DNA of 34,551 bases, from the NCBI GenBank assembly GCA_035655175.1, contig DASRVG010000067.1, positions 1-34,551 on the forward strand, written 5' to 3'. The translations under genes were made by a program, and so were the position numbers. The DNA comes from Clostridia bacterium (GTDB lineage Bacteria > Bacillota > Clostridia > Ch29). The notes under the pieces are model-generated. The model was given only the letters and a program-made list of their open reading frames with translations, made no database searches and was not told the DNA's origin. Shown here one piece after another: positions 26,568 to 34,551 of the stretch; position 1 is the first letter of the stretch; each line of letters starts with the position of its first letter.

Positions 26568-27674
26568 TTGTACCTTAAGGATATAAAGCTTACCAATTTT
26601 AGGAACTTCAAGGAACAGGTCCTTACCTTCGACGAGGGGTTTAATTTTTTGGTGGGCAATAACGCCCAGGGCAAAACAAATCTTATAGAAGCCATATACA
26701 TGCTTTCGGCGGGACGGTCCTTCAGGACTTCCATGGACAGTGAGTTGGTGAGATGGGCCAGCGGTACCCTATATATTAAAGGAACCATTGTGACGGGTGA
26801 AGGGGAAAAAGCCATAGAGATAGCAATGAGGGGGAACAATAAAAGGATAAAGGTTAACGGGGTTTTACTTGAAAAAAGAGGTGACCTGTTCGGGAAATTC
26901 ATATCGGTTATATTTTCCCCGGAGGAACTGAAATTGGTAAAGGAAGGTCCCAGTTACCGAAGGAAGTTCATGGACCAGGGGGTAACCCAGGTAAAGCCTT
27001 CCTATTATTACTTGCTGATAAATTACAAAAGGGTACTGTTCCAGCGAAACTCGCTGTTAAGGGATTGGCCTCCCGGAAAGGCGGACAACGACATTCTGGC
27101 GGTCTGGGACAGGCAGCTGGCCGGATACGGGGCCAGGATGGTTTATGAAAGGTACAGGTTCGTGAGAACACTGTCGGCCTTGGCAAAGCCTGTGCACAGC
27201 AGGATTACCAACGGTGAAGAGGACCTTGAGGTTAAGTACCAGTCCTGCGTTGATATCAATGAAGATGCAAGCCCGGAGGAAATCCGGCAGCAGTTTTTAC
27301 AAAAGCTCGAATCTGCCAGGGCAAGAGATATTAAAACCGGGGTAACCAATTTCGGCCCCCACAGGGAAGACCTTGAAGTTCTGATAAACGGAGTGGATGC
27401 GAGAAAATTCGGGTCGCAGGGACAGCAGAGAACAGCCGCGCTGTCCATGAAGCTTTCCGAGATAGAATTATTGAAATCCGAAACCGGGGAATGCCCCGTG
27501 CTGCTGCTGGACGATGTGATGTCGGAGTTGGACCCTTCCAGGCAGGAATACATCCTGGGAAATTTGGCCGGCGTACAAACATTCATTACCTGTACCCATA
27601 TTACCGGGATTATGAAAAAATCATGCCCGAAGGGGAAGGTTTTTCACGTGGATAGTGGTATAATAAAAGCGTAA
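26568..27674 (+). CDS. recF: DNA replication and repair protein RecF
   Basis: Walker A GNNAQGKTNLIEAI, signature ..GSQGQQRT.., Walker B VLLLDDVMSELD. I chose the TTG at 26568 (YLKDIKLTNFRNF) with GGAG 8 nt upstream. The GTG at 26559 overlaps that Shine-Dalgarno sequence. Confidence 0.93.
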   Translation: MYLKDIKLTNFRNFKEQVLTFDEGFNFLVGNNAQGKTNLIEAIYMLSAGRSFRTSMDSELVRWASGTLYIKGTIVTGEGEKAIEIAMRGNNKRIKVNGVLLEKRGDLFGKFISVIFSPEELKLVKEGPSYRRKFMDQGVTQVKPSYYYLLINYKRVLFQRNSLLRDWPPGKADNDILAVWDRQLAGYGARMVYERYRFVRTLSALAKPVHSRITNGEEDLEVKYQSCVDINEDASPEEIRQQFLQKLESARARDIKTGVTNFGPHREDLEVLINGVDARKFGSQGQQRTAALSMKLSEIELLKSETGECPVLLLDDVMSELDPSRQEYILGNLAGVQTFITCTHITGIMKKSCPKGKVFHVDSGIIKA

Positions 27675-27707
27675 GGATAGTAACGGGCCGTTGGGAGGAG
27701 ATAAAAG

Positions 27708-29997
<2,290 letters not shown>

Positions 29998-30009
29998 GGG
30001 GGACAGGAT

Positions 30010-32439
30010 ATGACACAGGCAAAGGACAATATTATTACCGTTGATATTCAGCAAGAGATGAAAAAATCCTATATAGACTACGCCATGAGCGTGATAGTCA
30101 GCAGGGCCCTTCCGGATGTGAGGGACGGGCTTAAACCGGTGCACAGGAGAATCCTGTATGCAATGAACGAGCTGGGGCTGACCCCCGATAAACCCCACAG
30201 GAAGTCCGCCCGTATAGTGGGGGATGTATTGGGTAAGTACCATCCCCATGGAGATACCGCCGTCTACGATGCCATGGTTCGGATGGCCCAGGACTTTTCT
30301 ACGAGACAGGTGCTTGTGGACGGGCACGGCAACTTCGGTTCCATTGACGGGGACAGTGCCGCCGCCATGCGTTATACCGAAGCCAGGATGTCAAAGATTG
30401 CCCTTGAGATGCTGCGGGATATAAACAAGGATACGGTGGACTTTGTGCCCAATTTTGACGAATCCCTTACCGAGCCGGCGGTCCTGCCGTCCAGGTTCCC
30501 CAATATACTGGTAAACGGAGCGTCGGGCATAGCCGTCGGCATGGCCACCAGTATACCCCCCCACAACCTGGGGGAAGTGATAGACGGTGTGGTAAAGCTT
30601 ATAGACAATCCGGACATCCAGCTAAAGGACCTTATGAAGGTAATAAAGGGACCGGACTTTCCCACCGGCGCTACAATAATGGGCAAAGGCGGAATAAAGG
30701 ACGCCTACGCCACCGGCAAGGGGAGGATTACCGTCAGGGCCAGGGCAGCCATTGAGGCCTCTTCCGGCAACCGGCACAGGATAATCGTTACCGAGATTCC
30801 TTATCAGGTTAACAAGGCCAAACTTATAGAAAGGATAGCCGAACTGGTCAGGGAAAAGAAAATAGAGGGCATATCCGACATTAGGGACGAATCAGACAGA
30901 AAGGGCATGCGCATAGTATTGGACCTGAAAAGGGACGTTAACCCGCAGGTTGTGCTAAATCTGCTTTATAAGCACACCCAACTGCAGGATACATTCAGCA
31001 TAATAATGCTGGCCCTGGTGGACGGCCAGCCAAGGGTTCTTAATCTCAAGGAAATCCTTGAGCATTACCTGGGCCACCAGAAAAACGTGGTACGCCGCAG
31101 GACCATATACGACCTAAGCAAAGCGGAGGAAAGGGCCCACATACTTGAGGGATTAAGGATTGCCCTGGACAACATCGACAGGGTAATAGCCCTTATCAGG
31201 AACTCCAAAAACGATCAAATCGCAAGGGACGGCCTGATGCGTGAGTTCGGCCTTACCGAAAAGCAGGCCCAGGCTATCCTTGACATGAGGCTTAGAAGGC
31301 TTACCGGGTTGGAGCGGGAGAAAATAGACGCCGAGTACAAAGACCTTTTGGGAAAAATAAGATATTACAAGGACGTGCTTGAAAAAGAAGAATTGCTGGA
31401 ATCCATTATAAAGGAAGAACTGCTTGAGATAAAGGCAAAATACGGCGACGCAAGGAGAACAAATATAGCGCCGGACGCAGGCGAGTTCAACATTGAGGAC
31501 CTGATTGAAGAACAGGAGGTTGCAATTACCCTTACCCATTTGGGCTACATCAAAAGAGTGCCCGCCGATGCGTACAGGAGCCAAAGGCGAGGCGGGAAGG
31601 GAGTGACCGCCCTTACCACCAAAACCGAGGACTTTGTGTCGGATATATTTACTACGTCCACGCACAATTATATCCTGTTCTTTACCAACCGGGGCAGGGT
31701 GTACCGGCTGAAGGCCTATGAAATCCCGGAAGCAGGCCGCCAGGCAAAGGGTACCGCCATAGTGAACCTGCTGCAGCTCTCAGGCGGGGAGACCATAACC
31801 GCCGTTATTCCCATAAGGGACTTTGAAGAGGAAAAGTACATGCTGTTTGCAACTAAAAAAGGGCTGGTGAAGAAGACTCCTTTAAGCGAATACGCCTTCC
31901 AAAGGAAAAACGGGCTGCAGGCCATTGGGCTTATGGAAGGGGATGAACTAATAGGGGTTAAACTGACCGAGGGCAGCGACCATGTAATATTGGCTACAAA
32001 GAACGGTTATTCAATAAGGTTCAGCGAAAAAGGCGTAAGAAGCATGGGAAGGTATTCCCGCGGGGTTAAGGGCATAACCCTGGGCAGCGGCGACCAGGTG
32101 GTAGGAATGGAACTGGCAAAGGAAGGTGCAGACCTTCTCAGCGTAACCGTAAACGGATTTGGCAAGAGAACCGACATTGAAGAATACGGTATCCAGAACA
32201 GGGGAGGAAAGGGGATCAAGACCTACAGGATAACCAATAAGACAGGAGAAATAGTGGGCATAAAGGTGGTAGGCGAGAAGGACGATATTATGCTGATTAC
32301 CAAGAATGGGATAGTCATAAGGATTAATGTAAGTGAAGTTTCCAGGATGGGAAGGATTACGCAGGGAGTAACCCTGATGAAGTTTGACAAGGACCAGACG
32401 GTGGTATCCGTCGCCAAAATCGAAGCCGATGACAATTAA
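30010..32439 (+). CDS. gyrA: DNA gyrase subunit A
   Basis: ..[17 protein letters not shown].. (QRDR), [10 protein letters not shown] (catalytic Tyr), and a C-terminal beta-pinwheel repeat region. 809 aa. Confidence 0.97.
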   Translation: MTQAKDNIITVDIQQEMKKSYIDYAMSVIVSRALPDVRDGLKPVHRRILYAMNELGLTPDKPHRKSARIVGDVLGKYHPHGDTAVYDAMVRMAQDFSTRQVLVDGHGNFGSIDGDSAAAMRYTEARMSKIALEMLRDINKDTVDFVPNFDESLTEPAVLPSRFPNILVNGASGIAVGMATSIPPHNLGEVIDGVVKLIDNPDIQLKDLMKVIKGPDFPTGATIMGKGGIKDAYATGKGRITVRARAAIEASSGNRHRIIVTEIPYQVNKAKLIERIAELVREKKIEGISDIRDESDRKGMRIVLDLKRDVNPQVVLNLLYKHTQLQDTFSIIMLALVDGQPRVLNLKEILEHYLGHQKNVVRRRTIYDLSKAEERAHILEGLRIALDNIDRVIALIRNSKNDQIARDGLMREFGLTEKQAQAILDMRLRRLTGLEREKIDAEYKDLLGKIRYYKDVLEKEELLESIIKEELLEIKAKYGDARRTNIAPDAGEFNIEDLIEEQEVAITLTHLGYIKRVPADAYRSQRRGGKGVTALTTKTEDFVSDIFTTSTHNYILFFTNRGRVYRLKAYEIPEAGRQAKGTAIVNLLQLSGGETITAVIPIRDFEEEKYMLFATKKGLVKKTPLSEYAFQRKNGLQAIGLMEGDELIGVKLTEGSDHVILATKNGYSIRFSEKGVRSMGRYSRGVKGITLGSGDQVVGMELAKEGADLLSVTVNGFGKRTDIEEYGIQNRGGKGIKTYRITNKTGEIVGIKVVGEKDDIMLITKNGIVIRINVSEVSRMGRITQGVTLMKFDKDQTVVSVAKIEADDN

Positions 32440-32451
32440 AAAATAAACCCT

Positions 32452-32486
32452 GGCTTGGCATACTTCCGCCAAGCCTACTTTTATTA
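32452..32486 (+). terminator. Rho-independent terminator downstream of gyrA
   Basis: GGCTTGGC-atacttcc-GCCAAGCC is a perfect 8-bp stem, followed by TACTTTTATTATT. Confidence 0.75.
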
Positions 32487-32646
32487 TTCAATGATTAGGG
32501 CAGGTTTATGAAGCGGGTCCTTATAAGCAGTCACAAGCGTTCTATGAAGCCCTTTTACAGAGGGCAGTTAAGAGGTGTGCCGGTAAATATGATCAAATTT
32601 CTATTATAATATATGTGTAAACACAAAACAAGGGGGTAAGAATAGA

Positions 32647-32961
32647 ATGAGCGGTGCTGAATACTGTTACCAAAACGATGGAGGTAGATGTGTTGTGAAG
32701 GTCAAAGGCGAAATTGACATTTATACCGCAGCGGAGTTTAAAAAACAAATAAATGCTGCCATAGAAGAGGTAACGGGAGATTTGCATATCGACTGCAGCG
32801 AACTTCAGTATATGGACAGCACAGGCCTGGGCGTCCTGATAGGGGCACTGAAAAGGATGAAGGAGCAGGGAAGGAATATATACCTTGAAAATCTCAGGCC
32901 AAATGTGCGTAAATTGTTCGCTATTACAGGCCTTGATAAAATATTCATTCTGGAGGTATGA
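32647..32961 (+). CDS. rsbV: STAS-domain anti-anti-sigma factor (RsbV-type; the SpoIIAA paralog is not excluded)
   Basis: ..LQYMDSTGLGVLIGA.. carries the phosphorylatable Ser at position 58, very close to B. subtilis RsbV (YMDSTGLGVFVG). RBS GGGGGT lies 8 nt upstream. Confidence 0.7.
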   Translation: MSGAEYCYQNDGGRCVVKVKGEIDIYTAAEFKKQINAAIEEVTGDLHIDCSELQYMDSTGLGVLIGALKRMKEQGRNIYLENLRPNVRKLFAITGLDKIFILEV

Positions 32962-32965
32962 TTTC

Positions 32966-33418
32966 ATGTCACTGGCGGGTAGTATGGAAAAGGAAGAGAA
33001 AATCAACGGTTGCGAAGACAGGGTGGTACTGGTGCTGCCAAACAAACCGGAATACGTCAGCCTGGCCAGGCTGGCGGCGTCCGGCATAGCAGGCAGGATG
33101 GGATTTGATGTGGAAACGGTGGAGGATATAAAGCTGGCGGTGGCGGAAGCCTGTACCAATGCGATTAAGCACGGGTGCTGTAAAGAGGATAGCGAATACA
33201 GGATAGAATTCGGCGTAGGGGAAAAGTGCCTGACCATAAGCATAGCGGACAGGGGCTGCGGGATGGATAAAAAGGACCTCTGCCAGCCTGACTTGCAAAA
33301 CCCCAGGGAAGGGGGATTAGGTCTATTCATTATAAATACTCTTATGGACCGGGTGGAATTTGAAACTGCACCCAACACCGGGTTTACCATTACCATGAAA
33401 AAGTACCTGGGGGTATAA
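32966..33418 (+). CDS. rsbW: Anti-sigma factor serine kinase (RsbW-type GHKL kinase)
   Basis: ..PNKPEYVSLARLAASGIAGRMGFDVETVEDIKLAVAEACTNAIKHG.. parallels B. subtilis RsbW ([46 protein letters not shown]). G-box GGLGLFI is present. The ATG at 32966 has GGAGG 9 nt upstream. Confidence 0.72.
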   Translation: MSLAGSMEKEEKINGCEDRVVLVLPNKPEYVSLARLAASGIAGRMGFDVETVEDIKLAVAEACTNAIKHGCCKEDSEYRIEFGVGEKCLTISIADRGCGMDKKDLCQPDLQNPREGGLGLFIINTLMDRVEFETAPNTGFTITMKKYLGV

Positions 33419-33419
33419 T

Positions 33420-34208
33420 ATGATGGACGTAATGGATAGGCAGCAGCCGATTATTGACCAACTGTCCAGGATTCAGGAACGGGAGTACAGTATATTCAAG
33501 CAGTACAGCAAAGAGAGGACCCGGGAAAACAGGAACCGTATCTTTGAAGAGTATTCATATCTGGCGGAAATACTGGCAAAAAAGTACCTTAACAGGGGGG
33601 TTGACTACCAGGACCTTTACCAGATAGCCTCCATCGGCTTAATAAATGCCATTGAAAGGTTTGATGTAGACAGGGGGTACAGGTTTAGCAGTTTTGCCAC
33701 TCCCACGATAATAGGAGAGATAAAGAAATATTTCAGGGACAAGGAATGGATGATAAAAGTCCCAAGGCGAATCCAGAAGCTGGCCGGCAAGATTAACGAT
33801 GCCAAGGAAGAGCTGACCCAGCGGCTGGGCAGGAACCCCAGCATCCCGGAACTGGCCGAGCATCTTTTGGTGAGCGAGGAGGAACTGCTGGAGGCCATGG
33901 AGGCGGGCGGGGTTTATTCTCCGCAATCCCTGGACGAGCCCTGTAATGATGACGTCAACAAGGGGGTTTCGCTGGGGGACCTTATAGGTTCGGAGGATAT
34001 GAGTATCGAGTGGGTGGAAAACCGGGATTTTATTAAGAGAACCATTGACAAGCTGGAACCCAATGAGATGAAAGTGCTAAAGGACAGGTATTTTAGGGGA
34101 AAAACCCAAGCCCAGATTGCCAAGGAACTCAAGGTATCGCAGATGACCATTTCAAGGCTGGAAAAAAGAATAATCGAAAAATTCAGGCAGGAGCTGGCAG
34201 TCAAATAA
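33420..34208 (+). CDS. sigB: Group 3 sigma-70 factor, SigB-type
   Basis: ..[30 protein letters not shown].. matches the SigB hallmark ([30 protein letters not shown]). SigF/SigG read ..VSRS.. at that position. ..[13 protein letters not shown].. and the region 4 HTH ..[17 protein letters not shown].. are also present. Confidence 0.72.
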   Translation: [262 protein letters not shown]

Positions 34209-34240
34209 TTCCAAGCCTTATTATACACTTCTTTATGAAG

Positions 34241-34288
34241 AAAAAAAACCGATCGACGCCTTTAAACTGTTAGTCGTTCGTTTTTTTT
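34241..34288 (+). terminator. Rho-independent terminator downstream of the sigma operon
   Basis: A8 run, then an imperfect hairpin CCGATCGAC...GTCGTTCG (34249-34280), then T8 (34281-34288). Confidence 0.55.
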
Positions 34289-34489
34289 GCCGGCTGTTTC
34301 ATTTTAACCTGATTTAATTAGTTCCCCCTGAAAAAGTCGGGGTAAAGCGTGAAAAATATATAAACGAAAAGGGTTTCCCATACCTTATGTCGAATCTTTA
34401 AGTTAGAAAGACCAAAGACTAACACAGGAGGGAAACCCTATGATAATAATAGTTCTACAAGGACTTTCTAATTCCTGCAGGTGGTCCAA

Positions 34490-34551
34490 ATGTTAGTGCT
34501 AAGAAATAATCAGATCACCATATGGGAACAAATACTGCCCAAGGAGTTGCA
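34490..34551 (+). CDS. Probable 5' end of a second IS transposase gene (DUF772/IS5-IS1182-like N-terminus), truncated by the window end
   Basis: ATG at 34490 follows AGGTGG. The translation MLVLRNNQITIWEQILPKEL resembles the N-terminal ..Q(L/I)S(I/L)WE.ILPEEL.. motif I recall from IS5/IS1182-like transposases of thermophilic Firmicutes. Only 20 codons are visible. Confidence 0.35.
   Translation, partial: MLVLRNNQITIWEQILPKEL

Noticed and set aside
30256-30258. GyrA QRDR reads Thr at the position equivalent to E. coli Ser83 ([10 protein letters not shown]).
   Set aside because: Thr is the wild-type residue at this position in several Firmicutes (for example Clostridioides difficile Thr82). 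It is not evidence of a fluoroquinolone-resistance mutation.
32497-32567. Repeated short words upstream of rsbV: AGGGCAG at 32497 and 32561, and TATGAAGC at 32507 and 32543, arranged A-B...B-A.
   Set aside because: A recurring 7-mer and 8-mer within about 150 bp is near chance expectation. There is no dyad symmetry and no match to a known operator or a SigB-type promoter.
32647-34208. Annotating the three-gene sigma module as spoIIAA-spoIIAB-sigF.
   Set aside because: Residue-level resemblance is clearly closer to RsbV/RsbW/SigB (YMDSTGLGV; PEYV..RL..SG.A.RMG; W..VPRRI). I keep the SpoIIA alternative open, because the families are paralogous and no phylogeny was run.
34388-34394. Perfect Spo0A-box-like heptamer TGTCGAA near the second IS, and a TTCGAAC near-match at about 24950 in oriC.
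   Set aside because: These are single isolated heptamers, expected by chance in 34 kb, and nothing in the context supports them.

Overview
This 34.5-kb window is the replication-origin neighbourhood of a Firmicutes chromosome (Clostridia/Bacilli-type gene order). The left ~21 kb is entirely on the minus strand. It holds a complete dcw cluster, in map order ftsA(start), sbp, two DUF881 genes, ftsQ/divIB, murA, murG, ftsW/spoVE, murD, mraY, murF, murE, a PASTA-containing PBP, ftsL, rsmH and mraZ, with a recognisable MraZ operator. Beyond it lie lgt, a translationally coupled M16 peptidase pair, a membrane-anchored ferrochelatase-fold protein and a solitary pduL. At about 21.3-23.3 kb sits an apparently intact IS1634-family insertion sequence whose right end lies roughly 13-23 bp from the first perfect DnaA box. 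The right part is entirely on the plus strand. It starts with a bipartite oriC: DnaA boxes upstream of dnaA, then DnaA boxes, a GC cluster, DnaA-trios and an AT-rich DUE between dnaA and dnaN. It continues with dnaA-dnaN-yaaA-recF-remB-gyrB-gyrA, an RsbV/RsbW/SigB-type partner-switching operon, and the 5' end of a second IS. I saw no rRNA, tRNA or CRISPR array. I found no convincing evidence for a novel multi-gene accessory or defence system; this is mostly core, tightly packed housekeeping DNA. The items most worth a second look are the fine structure of oriC, the IS sitting against it, the non-canonical left flank of oriC, a ferrochelatase-like membrane protein that seems to lack catalytic residues, and the SigB-type module bracketed by terminators and an IS. 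All calls come from by-eye motif recognition on the supplied sequence and ORF track. No database search, GC or skew computation was run.
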